This document shows, in pieces, positions 9,431 to 18,987 of a DNA stretch of 64,000 bases. How positions within the stretch are numbered: the stretch's first letter is position 1; each line of letters starts with the position of its first letter. The translations under genes were made by a program, and so were the position numbers. The notes below the pieces were generated by a model. It saw only the letters and a list, made by a program, of their open reading frames with translations, had not been told where the DNA came from and made no database searches. This DNA comes from an uncultured Actinomycetota bacterium (GTDB taxonomy: Bacteria; Actinomycetota; Coriobacteriia; Anaerosomatales; JAGXFU01): the NCBI GenBank assembly GCA_963790405.1, contig CAWBOJ010000003.1:398873-462872 (forward strand), given 5' to 3'.

Positions 9431-10072
9431 ATGGGCGAGGGATCCGCGCTGTTCTGTACGAAATGCGGGGAATCGCTCGGCAGCTCGGACAAGTTCTGCA
9501 AGAAGTGTGGGAGTCCTCGAAGGGACTCGGTATCGGCTCAGGCAGCGGCTACGCAGCGACCCGCTGCCGTTGCGACTGTCGTTGCGAGTGCGACAGGGGC
9601 GGCATCCATGGCCGCGGGTCTTCCCTGGCAGACGATCGTCGCCGGCGAGACGCCGGATCTTCGCGCGATGTTGTCGGGTGCGGCTATTCCGGCGGCTCGG
9701 TCTGTCGTGCAGCGCTCCCTACGGCGTCCCGGGCTCTCGATGGCCGCCACCGTAGCGCTCGACCTGCTCGTGGCAGGTGTCTCCGGGGGACCCGCTGCGC
9801 TCGCCGCGGCTATCCCGCGTGCGCTTGGCGGCGGCACGACATCGCTGCTCTCACTGATCACCGGCTCCAAAGGCGGCGCGCTGCGCGGTCTCACCGGTAT
9901 CGTCTCTCTAGTGACGGCTGCAATGCAGATAGTCTCGCTTGGGGGGTCGCTTCTTTCGGGGCTGGCAGACGGGACACCGCTGCTCACGCTCGCACCAATG
10001 GCGGTGGCGACGGCCTCGGCGCTCATCATGGCGCTCAAGACGGCCTCGGTGGCCTTGAGGAGGCGGTCCTAG
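9431..10072 (+). CDS. zinc-ribbon domain membrane protein
   Basis: N-terminal CxxC-x10-CxxC ('FCTKCGESLGSSDKFCKKCGSP') followed by Ala/Gly-rich hydrophobic segments. The stop abuts the next ATG (TAGATG). Confidence 0.6.
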   Translation: MGEGSALFCTKCGESLGSSDKFCKKCGSPRRDSVSAQAAATQRPAAVATVVASATGAASMAAGLPWQTIVAGETPDLRAMLSGAAIPAARSVVQRSLRRPGLSMAATVALDLLVAGVSGGPAALAAAIPRALGGGTTSLLSLITGSKGGALRGLTGIVSLVTAAMQIVSLGGSLLSGLADGTPLLTLAPMAVATASALIMALKTASVALRRRS

Positions 10073-13000
10073 ATGCGCACACTTCGTCGCTTCGCGATTC
10101 GCCGCGCCATCGCGCTTTGCATGCTCGGCTGCATCGCGGCACTGCTCGCACTGCCGGTTCTCGCGTACGCAGCGGACAACCTCGTCACCGCCTACAACAT
10201 CCCCGACTTCTGGATGCAGGGCAGCAACGACGAAGCTACTTCTCGGCTAGCGGGGAATACGGCGACGTTGATGGCTGGAGCGGCACGGCCGGTGTCATCG
10301 TCAAGTCCCTGACTCCGGAGAACCCGTACACGGGTGCGCCCGAGGAGGACTACTACACCTCCTTCGAGGACTTCGCCGCGCGCTCGGGTGGCTCGGTGAC
10401 GCTCTACACGAGCCCGACGATCAGGTGGCGATCGAGATCGACTACGTCTGGAGAAGGGGCGCAGAAGACGACCCTCGGCGGTCTTGAGGCCTGGTCGAAT
10501 ATCGGCATGTTCAAGCAGTACGACGGCGGACTACCCAACTGGTTCCAGACCGCGTGGATCAGTACTGGATTCCCACCGATCGACGGCGGCATCTACGTTG
10601 TCGGCGGCGGGTACCGTCGCCGGCGAGGACGCCGAGCGAACAGTTCGACTCGATGGTGAACGACGTCGAGTCGGTTCTCGCGTCGCTCCGGTTCAACGCT
10701 TCCGGCGCGAGTGCGGGACCCGCGACACCCGCGGACGGCGAGGGCTCCTCGCCGTGGCGAACGGTGGTCGGCGGCATCGGAGCTCTGGCTGCAGCGGCGA
10801 TCGCCATGGCGGGAGCTGCGGCGAGTGCTCGCGCGAAGAGCGGCGAGCCTGAGCCGGAGCCGGACAAGCCGGTGGGCTACGTGCTGCAGCTTTCCTCGGC
10901 ACGTCTTACGGTGAGCGAGGAGCATTCGGCGACTCTCACCATCCAGGCATTCCGGGTGCTTCCGAGCGGGCAATATCAGCCCGCTCCTGAGGCGGGCATC
11001 GCTGTCACGCCGTCTGATGGCGTGAGCGTGGAGCCCTCGAGCGCGTACGGCACGCTCACTGCGGTGGTGTGGCAGACCGGACCGGTCGCGCTGGGTGCAG
11101 GCATTGCGATTCAGGCGACTGCTCCGCTCGGCACGACGCAGGCTATGGTGCGCGTTGCTGCCGCGGGCGTGAGTCGCATCGCCACGCGCTTTGAGCCCGC
11201 CGGCAAGCTCGAACTCCGCACAGAAGGCGAAGACTCGGTCACGCTCGTGGCGGCGATCGAACTCATGGGTGCGGACGCGGATTCCGGCCTCGATCCTGCC
11301 ACCGTTCGCGCATCGATCGCGTTTGCCGAGGACTCCGAGTGGCTCGAGATATCTGCCCCCGCCGACTACGAGGACGGCCGCGCGATCACGATGCGGGCAT
11401 CCCGGCCCGACTCGTCGACCTTTGTGCAGCCGCCGGAGAGCGCGATGGTGCGCGTGAGTGCGATGGTGGGGGAGCGTCCCCTGACAGAGATGGTCGCCAT
11501 CACGTTGGCGCGCCTACCGTGGCTCGACGCCTCCCCCGACACCGTGTCGCTCGCCGCCGATTCAGGCGTGGGCGCCGAGGTGAACGTGTGGGTCGAGAGC
11601 GGAAGTGGCGTGCAGTGGCAGTTCGATACCGAGTGGCGCGAGGGTTCGCGGCTGATCGCAACCCCCGATATCGTGTCCACCGGCGCGGCTACGGCCGCAC
11701 TCACGCTCACCGAAAACGCCGGCGACCGGCTCGATCCCGCACGCCCGCAGACCGAGGCCACACTCGTGGTGCTCGCCAGGGCCGAGGGTTTCGAGCCGCT
11801 CAAGCGCGAGATTCAGGTCATCGTCACGCAAGAGGGGCTCTTCATCGACCGCACGAACACAGACCCCACGACCGGTGCGTTCCACCTGAAGGCCGACGGT
11901 AGCGCTACGCCTGCCGACATCGACGTGCGGGTCTACGTTCGCGATCCCGCCACCAACACGATCGCGCCCGACATTGCGCTTGCGCAGCAGGTGCAGCTCG
12001 AGATCGGTGGCGAGGAGGGGACTCCGGGTCGCGCTGGCCTGAAGTCAGGCGGTCTGCTGGTTGCGCCTGCGGGTGTGCGCCCGAGCAACGTGCCGAGCGC
12101 CACGTTCCGCCTCGGCATTGAGCGGCAGCTACCCACCGGCGGCGAGGCGCTCCCTGCCACGGTGCGCGCGAGCATTCCTGGCCGAGATGAGCCCGCGTTC
12201 AGCGCGCTTGTGCCGCTCCGGCTGCTCGGCGTGAACACCGATCCCTTCTCGGCAGCGTGGCAGACCGAACTCGACGGCTGTCGCGACGTCATCCAGTTCT
12301 ACGTGCCTCACGAGTATCAGGAGCGTCTGCTACGCGTTGGTCAACGAGCGCTCGCTGACCATGGGCGCCGAGGGTCTCTACCTGATGCGCATGCAGCTAT
12401 GGAGCTTCGCGCACGACCAGCTCGTGAAAGAAGCGCACGAGTACATGGATTCCGCGTGGTGGATCCAGCAGATCGAGGACACGCTCGACTGGGTCTCATG
12501 GTGCGGCGACATCGCGTTTGGCGTGGCAAGCGGCACGTATCTGGGAGTCGTGGGCGCGGTCGCGATCGGCATGCTCAAGCCGATGCTCGTCTCGGCCATG
12601 GAGGTCTGGCTCGCCGGTGGCTCGCTCGAGGACTGGCTCGCGGCGCAGACCACCATGCTCACCGGAACCGCCGAAGGCATGCTCACCGACCCGGACGTGC
12701 TCTCCAAGCTCACCGCCGACAAGAAGGCGCTCGCGTGGGCGCTGTTCATCGCCTACTACTTCGCCAAGGAACTCTACAACGACCCGAACATGTCCGTAAC
12801 GAACGCGATGAAGAACGTGGGGAAGCAGCTGCGCGACGAGGGGCTCATCATGTTCCTTCGCCACATCGCGAACATGAAGTCCGTGCGCGGGCCCAGGGTC
12901 GATGGCGGGACTTCGAAGAAGCCGGGCGCAGCTGATGGGCCGACCAAGAAGCCCGTCGCGTCCGACGGCCCCGATTCGCACAAGCAGCCCGACGCACCCG

Positions 13001-14022
13001 AGAAGAAGCCCGACGCAGCCGAGAAGAAGCCGGATGCACCCGAGAAGAAGCCCGACGCACCCGAGAAGCCGGCGCCCAAGAAGCCCAAGGCCTCACCCAA
13101 GGAGCGCGCCGCGGCGATCGCAGATGACATCGCCGCCAAGACCGCCAACGGCGAGCCGCTTGACCGGGCAACCGTCGAGCGCGTCATGGTCGACCCCGAT
13201 GCCATGCGCGAACTCAAGCGCAGCAACCCCGAGGCCTGGGCAAAGATCAACGAGACGCGCGCAGAGGTCTACAAGGGTCACGACGCCGATCTCAAGGAGT
13301 GGATCGAGAAGAACGTACCGGAGGCCGAGGGCCGCCAGATCGAAATCCGGAGTGTCGGCACGATAGACGGCGTCGATCGCGACTACCGCGCCGGCTACGT
13401 AGTAGAAGGTCCCGACGGGACCAAGCGATTCATCGAGCTCAAGAAGGAGACGTGGGCCGGCGAGTCCCAGCGCATATTCGCCAAGGAGACCGGCGGACCC
13501 ACCGATCCCAAGGGCGCCGCCAAGTGGGCAAAGGACCACCAGCAGCTCGCAACCGACCAGTACCACGCCGAGGCGAGCGTGGACATGGCCGACCAGGGCA
13601 CGATTTACAATGAGCAGACCGGCAAGTGGGAGAAGACCCAGCTCACGCCCAATGCGGACCTCGTCAAGCAGGGCAGATCGACGCTGCTCGACCCCGACGG
13701 CTACGGGAAGACCTACGAGAGCAAGGTCGCCGAAGCGTACTCCGAAGGCAACCACCTCGATGCCTACGCGCAGGCCGACAAGGCGGTGCACTCGTTGGAG
13801 TGCGTGCGCGACGGGTACGACATGCAGGGCTACGATGTGAAGAACCTGCCGCCCAACATCGAGGACGGCATGCGGGTGATCAAGGACGTGCAGAGCGGCG
13901 ATATCACGCCTGCAGAAGCCGAGGCGCGACTCAGAGGCCTCAACTACAAGGGTGGTCTGCCGGATTTCATGGAGAAGGTCTCCGGGCAGTTCGCCGGCTT
14001 CAAGTGGGCGAGGAAGAAGTAG
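10073..14022 (+). CDS. large mosaic membrane/surface protein of unknown function, reconstructed across at least 4 frame changes
   Basis: Signal peptide (CMLGCIAALLALPVLAYA) in ORF 10073-10312. It continues in frame 1 (GEYGDVDGWSGTAGVIVKSL...), then frame 3 (ORF 10554..., TM GGIGALAAAAIAMAGAAA plus beta-rich repeats), then frame 1 (ORF 12337-14022: TM bundle, PDAPEKK linker, about 300-aa C-terminal domain). Could alternatively be 2-3 adjacent genes. Confidence 0.5.
12988..13071 (+). repeat. in-frame tandem repeat, 4 x 21 bp (PDAPEKK)
   Basis: The unit CCCGACGCACCCGAGAAGAAG is repeated four times with 1-3 substitutions each. It encodes 'PDAPEKKPDAAEKKPDAPEKKPDAPEK'. Confidence 0.9.
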
Positions 14023-14090
14023 CACCGGCGAGGACATGCCGTGTGCAGTGCCGAGTCGTCCCGCACGACGCGCTTCCTGCGGAGGCGCTA

Positions 14091-15020
14091 CTACTCGCTG
14101 CCCGAGGATCCCGTCCCGTGGCCCTTGCCCTCGGCACGATTGTCGTAGAAACGTTGGGTCGGGTATGCGAAGTCGATGTCGTCGTGTCGGGCGAACTCGT
14201 CGAGGACGTCTTCCCATATCCGCTGACGCGTGCCGCGGCGAGCTCGCGGCTCGCACAGGAACCGCATCGTGAGCAGCACGCCACTGTCCTCAACGCTGGT
14301 GTAGACGGTCGGCGTGAGTTTGTCGTAGAAGATCATGTACCGCTCACTGGCCTCGCGCAGGCGCTGCTTGGCCGACTCGCTCAGCTCCTCGGCATCCTGG
14401 CATACGATGCCCAGAAGCAGCTCCTTGGCCTTGCGCCAATCACTCTCGAACGTGAGGAGCACGGGGAGTTCGTCCCAGATGTAGTGGAACCCTCGGCTGT
14501 AGTTGATCAGCGGTTCGCGCAGGGTCGTGCCGCACGGAATGTGCACGATACGACCGGTGCTCTGATCGGCATTCACCCACACGCCGATCTCGAGCAAGGT
14601 GAACTGGAAGATGCGAATGTCGATGACGTCGCCGGCATGCTCGCCGATCTTGATTCGCTCGCCAACGCGAAACGGTCGGCGCCATGCGATGAAGATCCAC
14701 CCTGCGATGTTCTCGACGAGATCCTTCAGGGCAATAGCAAGACCGGCCGACAGCAGGCCGAGGTAGGTGGCCAGTGAGCGCACGCCCTCGACCCACAGCG
14801 CGCCGATCGCCAGTATCCCGATTCCAACGATCGCATAGGTGACGCCTTTGCGAACGCGATAGCGGAGCCGGACTTCCTCGACGCCCCGATTGACCAGGTG
14901 AACGGCGGCGGTCCTCAGGACCCACAGTCCGATGATGATCGCAATCGAAATGAGCAGCTTGGCCCCGGCGTTCGGTACCACTCCGGATACCTGCTGGAAG
15001 CGACCCAGGAACTGTTCCAT
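14091..15020 (-). CDS. mechanosensitive ion channel family protein (MscS-like)
   Basis: 309 aa. TM helices, then 'AGLAIALKDLVENIAGWIFIAWRRPFRVGERIKIGEHAGDVIDIRIFQFTLLE', typical of the MscS pore and beta-domain. Confidence 0.85.
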   Translation of the reverse strand: MEQFLGRFQQVSGVVPNAGAKLLISIAIIIGLWVLRTAAVHLVNRGVEEVRLRYRVRKGVTYAIVGIGILAIGALWVEGVRSLATYLGLLSAGLAIALKDLVENIAGWIFIAWRRPFRVGERIKIGEHAGDVIDIRIFQFTLLEIGVWVNADQSTGRIVHIPCGTTLREPLINYSRGFHYIWDELPVLLTFESDWRKAKELLLGIVCQDAEELSESAKQRLREASERYMIFYDKLTPTVYTSVEDSGVLLTMRFLCEPRARRGTRQRIWEDVLDEFARHDDIDFAYPTQRFYDNRAEGKGHGTGSSGSE

Positions 15021-15130
15021 TCGCCCACCTCACCTGCGCGGTCGACCTTGCCGACAAGCGTACGCTATCTTCCGCGTGGCTTGAAGGTGGACACGTGTGT
15101 GCTCTCGGCATCTCCAGCGCGGGAAGTCGA

Positions 15131-15168
15131 CATACATAGCACTGTCATGTATAGTGCTGCTATGTATG
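15131..15168. promoter_or_regulatory. AT-rich imperfect inverted repeat upstream of the PadR gene (candidate operator)
   Basis: CATACATAGCACTGTCATGTATAGTGCTGCTATGTATG contains ACAT/ATGT half-sites and TAGCACT/AGTGCTA arms, about 45 bp upstream of ATG 15211. Confidence 0.35.
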
Positions 15169-15210
15169 ATTCCTTTCCGGGTGCATTCATCCGTCTCGGC
15201 AGGTGAGGTC

Positions 15211-15597
15211 ATGGAGATCAACAAGGACTTGATAGCCGCTTCTTCAACGCCGATCGTCCTGGCGATCCTGGCCGAAGAGGACAGCTACGGCTACGCCATT
15301 CTCCAGCGGGTGCGGGAGCTATCCGGAGGACACCTCGAGTGGACCGACGGGATGCTCTATCCGGTCCTACATCGACTGTCGCGGCTCGGCTACATCGAGG
15401 CGCGGTGGGAAGTCGCGGACAACGGTCGCCGCCGCAGGTACTACCAGCTCACGTCACAAGGCCGAGACCAGCTGGCCGAGCAGCGCAAGCAGTGGCAGGC
15501 CGTGGACGACACGCTACGAGGTATCTGGAACACGCTCTCCATTTCAGTCCCGGCAAACCAGCTGGCGCCAACCGCGCTATCGCAGCAAGGAGCCTGA
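15211..15597 (+). CDS. PadR family transcriptional regulator
   Basis: 'VLAILAEEDSYGYAILQRVRELSGGHLEWTDGMLYPVLHRLSRLGYIEARWE...RRRYYQLTSQG' is the canonical PadR wHTH. Confidence 0.85.
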   Translation: MEINKDLIAASSTPIVLAILAEEDSYGYAILQRVRELSGGHLEWTDGMLYPVLHRLSRLGYIEARWEVADNGRRRRYYQLTSQGRDQLAEQRKQWQAVDDTLRGIWNTLSISVPANQLAPTALSQQGA

Positions 15598-15600
15598 GCC

Positions 15601-16978
15601 ATGTCGACTGCAGATCGATCCGTTGCCCTCGAAGAGCAGATAGCCCAGTGGCGGAGCTACCTGCTCCGCAGGCAGGCGATCCATTCCGTTGACGTAGCGG
15701 AGCTGGAAGACCACCTGCGCGAGCAAGTGGCGGGGCTTGTGGACGCCGGACTCGACACGGACGAGGCGTTTCTCGTGGCGGTGAAGCGCATGGGTGACCT
15801 CGACGACCTCTCCAGAGAGTTCGCGCGTGAGCATTCCGAGCGGCTCTGGAAGCAGCTCGTCGTGGTGGATTCGGACGCGGACGAGACGCGAGCGAGCGTC
15901 TTGAAGGAAGCCATCGTTGTCTTCTGCCTCGCCGTGGCAGCTGCTGTGCTCGTCAAACTGCCAGTGCTCTTTGGGATCGATCTTGTCGACGACGGCAGCT
16001 TCTACGCCCGCAACTTGAGTCTGTTCGTGCTGCCCCTGCTGACCGGCTATTTCGTCTGGAAGCGGGGGCTACTCGGCACCGGTGCCGTTCGCTGGCTGTC
16101 CGTCGCCTTCGTGGCGGCGCTCGTGTTCGCGAACTTCTATCCGTTCGACTCGGGGGGCCAGACCGAGGCACTCACCGCCCTGCACCTGCCCATCGCGCTG
16201 TGGGTGGCGGTGGTGGGCGTCGCATACGCCGGTGGTCGCTGGCGCGAGACGGCTGGTCGCATGGACTTCGTTCGCTTCTCCGGTGAGTTGCTCATCTACT
16301 ACGCCCTTATCGCTCTGGGCGGTGGCGTTCTCATGGGGTTCACGTCGTTGATCTTCCAGGCCATCGGTGTCGACATCCAGCCCCTCTTCGAGTCGTGGGT
16401 CCTACCATGCGGAGCAGCCGGGGCGGTTCTCGTCGCCTCCTGGTTGGTCGAGGCCAAGCAAAGCGTGATCGAGAATATGGCACCCGTGCTGACGCGCCTG
16501 TTCACCCCGATGTTCGCTGTAGTGCTGGTCACGTTCCTCGGCACCATGTTGTGGACCGGAGCGGGAATCAACATCGAGCGAGAGGTGCTGATCGCCTTCG
16601 ATCTGCTCCTGGTCATCGTCCTTGCGCTCCTGCTCTACTCCATTTCCGCCCGGGATCCCCAGTCGTCGCCCGGCGTCTTCGATGTGGTGCAGGTCGTTCT
16701 CGTCATCAGTGCGCTCTTGGCCGACGTCGTAGCTCTGTGGGCCATTGGCGCGCGGATCAGCCGAGTTCGGCTTCACGCCGAACCGGGTGGCCGCGCTCGG
16801 CGAGAATGTGATTCTCCTCGTCAACCTCACGTGGTCCGCAGTGCTCTACATCCGCTTCCTGAGAGGGCACGGAACGTTCCCGACGATCGAGCGCTGGCAG
16901 ACGAGGTACATCCCTGTCTACGCCGTGTGGGCGGCCATCGTCGTGGTCGCGTTTCCGCCGCTGTTCGCGTACGTCTGA
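15601..16978 (+). CDS. PadR-associated polytopic membrane protein (N-terminal helical sensor-like domain; DUF4153-like), frame-disrupted near 16760
   Basis: Cytoplasmic helical N-terminus (EEQIAQWRSYLLRRQ...DEAFLVAVKRMGDLDDLSREFA), then about 10 TM segments. The last roughly 70 aa (EFGFTPNRVAALGENVILLVNL...PPLFAYV*) lie in ORF 16745-16978. Confidence 0.6.
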
Positions 16979-17044
16979 CGGGGGAGGGCGCCGGTTCATT
17001 CGCACCGAGAAGCTCCCTCGTAGACCGATAGTAACACGCCAAGT

Positions 17045-17075
17045 TGCACACTAACATGCGGCGTGTTAGTGTGCA
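17045..17075. promoter_or_regulatory. perfect 12-bp inverted repeat (7-bp spacer), candidate operator
   Basis: TGCACACTAACA-tgcggcg-TGTTAGTGTGCA lies 15 bp upstream of ATG 17090 of the wHTH gene. Confidence 0.5.
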
Positions 17076-17089
17076 GAAGTGATGTTACG

Positions 17090-18100
17090 ATGAGTCGGAC
17101 GGCAAACACGATGCGAGATCTCGCTGCGGCCACCGAGCACTACGTGGCGCAGACGCTGCACGCACGTCTCCACCTCGATGCGTGGCCGGCTGCGGCTACG
17201 CTGCCGCCGTATTTGCGCACGACCTATCAGCTCATGCGCGGCAGGCTCGGCGAGACCCCGATCCTCTGGCTCCTGGCCGAGGAGCCGGTCACTCCCAAGA
17301 CCCTCGAGAAGCACATCGACACGCTTGCAGCGCATTGGCCCGGGGCGATGGTTGCCGTGTTTCGCGTGTTGCCCGCATACGTGCGGCAACGCCTGATCCA
17401 GAAGGGAATCGCATTCGTCGTTCCGGGCACGCAGCTCTACCTTCCTGGACTGGGGTTCGACTACCGAGAACGCTCCGCTGCGCCGCGCGAAGAGCGAGAG
17501 CATCTCAGGCCATCCGCGCAGCTGCTCTTGCTCTACCTGCTCTATCGACAAACGGACCGCGCGATGACTCTCAGCGACATCGTGCCGGAGCTCGGCTACA
17601 CCCTCATGACAGTGAGCCGCGGTGTTGCGGAACTCGAAGCTGCGGGGCTGGTCGAGACAACGAAAGTGGGTCGCTCCAAGACGGTTCGTCTGGCCAAGAC
17701 TCCGGACGAGACTTGGGGGGTCGCGCAAGAGCGCTTGAGCACGCCCGTCGTGCGCACGGTTGCTGTCCCGGCTGCAGCGTGGGGCGATGTCGTCAGGCCG
17801 TTCGCGGGACTTTGCGCTCTTGCCGGATACACCATGCTGCAAGGCCCTCCAGGTGCCGTGCGCGCGATTGGGGCTACGAAGGCTCGTGAGCTCGACGTAG
17901 CGGATCAAGTCATCAAGGATGCCGAGGAGTACGTCGCCGAGGATGATGTCGAACGCACGGAGATTTGGGCATACGACCCGACGTTGCTTGCGAGTGGTCC
18001 GGCCGTCGATCGACTCTCCCTGTATCTCACGTTGCGCGACGATTCTGACGAGCGGGTACAGATGGCGTTGACCGAACTGCTTGAAGGCATGACATGGTAA
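17090..18100 (+). CDS. winged-helix (MarR-like) protein, putative antitoxin/regulator of an AbiE-like module
   Basis: Central wHTH 'MTLSDIVPELGYTLMTVSRGVAELEAAGLVETTKVGRSKTVRL'. The stop overlaps the next gene's start (ATGGTAA). Confidence 0.55.
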   Translation: MSRTANTMRDLAAATEHYVAQTLHARLHLDAWPAAATLPPYLRTTYQLMRGRLGETPILWLLAEEPVTPKTLEKHIDTLAAHWPGAMVAVFRVLPAYVRQRLIQKGIAFVVPGTQLYLPGLGFDYRERSAAPREEREHLRPSAQLLLLYLLYRQTDRAMTLSDIVPELGYTLMTVSRGVAELEAAGLVETTKVGRSKTVRLAKTPDETWGVAQERLSTPVVRTVAVPAAAWGDVVRPFAGLCALAGYTMLQGPPGAVRAIGATKARELDVADQVIKDAEEYVAEDDVERTEIWAYDPTLLASGPAVDRLSLYLTLRDDSDERVQMALTELLEGMTW

Positions 18101-18855
18101 GGGGTCTCCAGCGCTTCCAAGAGCACTTCGCAGGCCTCGAGGACCGCTATGTGCTCATCGGCGGAGCGGCGATCGACGTGGCGATGGACAACGCGGGTCT
18201 CGACTTTCGCGTGACCAAGGATCTGGACCTGGTGCTGCTGGTCGAGTCGCTGGACGAGCGGTTCGGCAGCATGTTCTGGGAGTTCGTGAAAGCCGGCGGC
18301 TACAGCAACCGTCAGAAGAGCACCGGGAAGTCGCTTTTCTACCGTTTCCACTCGCCCAGCGATGCGACGTATCCCGTGATGCTCGAGTTGTTCTCCCGAA
18401 CACCCGATGTCATCACGCTGCCCCCCGATGCCGAACTCACACCGCTTCCAATCGCCGAGGAAGTCTCCAGCCTCTCGGCGATACTGCTCGACGACGGCTA
18501 CTACGAGTTCATTCGCACTGGAGCCCGCGAAGTGGAGGGTCTGACGGTCCTCGGCCCTGAGCAGCTCATTCCGCTCAAGGCGCGAGCCTGGCTCGATCTC
18601 ACGGTGCGCCGGGAGAGCGGTGAGCAGGTGGACGGCAGGGACGTCAAGAAGCATCGCAACGATGTCGTGCGTCTGTATCAGCTGATCGCGCCCGCAGCAC
18701 GCATTGAACTGCCCGACACGATAGCCGAGGACGTGCGTGCGTTCCTGGAGCGTGCCCTCGACGCCGGTTTCGATCCGAAGTCAGTCGGGGTACGCGGTGT
18801 GAGCGTCGCCGAGGTGATCGAGACGCTGAGGCGCGTGTACGGGGTGGGGGCTTGA
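18094..18855 (+). CDS. nucleotidyltransferase-fold protein (AbiEii/DUF-NTase-like), putative toxin
   Basis: Pol-beta NTase signature 'LIGGAAIDVAMDNAGLDFRVTKDLDLVL' (GG...DxD). 253 aa, translationally coupled to the wHTH gene. Confidence 0.55.
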   Translation: MVRGLQRFQEHFAGLEDRYVLIGGAAIDVAMDNAGLDFRVTKDLDLVLLVESLDERFGSMFWEFVKAGGYSNRQKSTGKSLFYRFHSPSDATYPVMLELFSRTPDVITLPPDAELTPLPIAEEVSSLSAILLDDGYYEFIRTGAREVEGLTVLGPEQLIPLKARAWLDLTVRRESGEQVDGRDVKKHRNDVVRLYQLIAPAARIELPDTIAEDVRAFLERALDAGFDPKSVGVRGVSVAEVIETLRRVYGVGA

Positions 18856-18987
18856 TGGGGGAGACCGAGACTGCAGCAATGGTTCCGTGGCTGTCCAGTA
18901 CGGCACGGATTCGCCAGACGCCAGCATCTGCGCTGCGGTGGCATGACATAATCGGTTGAACGTGCCACCGAGACATCGGGAGAAGTC

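Noticed and set aside
9406-10659. 417-aa plus-strand ORF covering the zinc-ribbon gene and the start of the giant gene.
   Set aside because: Chimeric. Its first roughly 270 aa are an out-of-frame read of 9431-10072. Only about 10240-10600 looks like genuine protein, and that part is assigned to the giant gene.
12988-13071. 21-bp tandem repeat considered as a CRISPR array, VNTR or regulatory array.
   Set aside because: No spacers are present. The repeat is in frame inside a long ORF and encodes a PDAPEKK linker.
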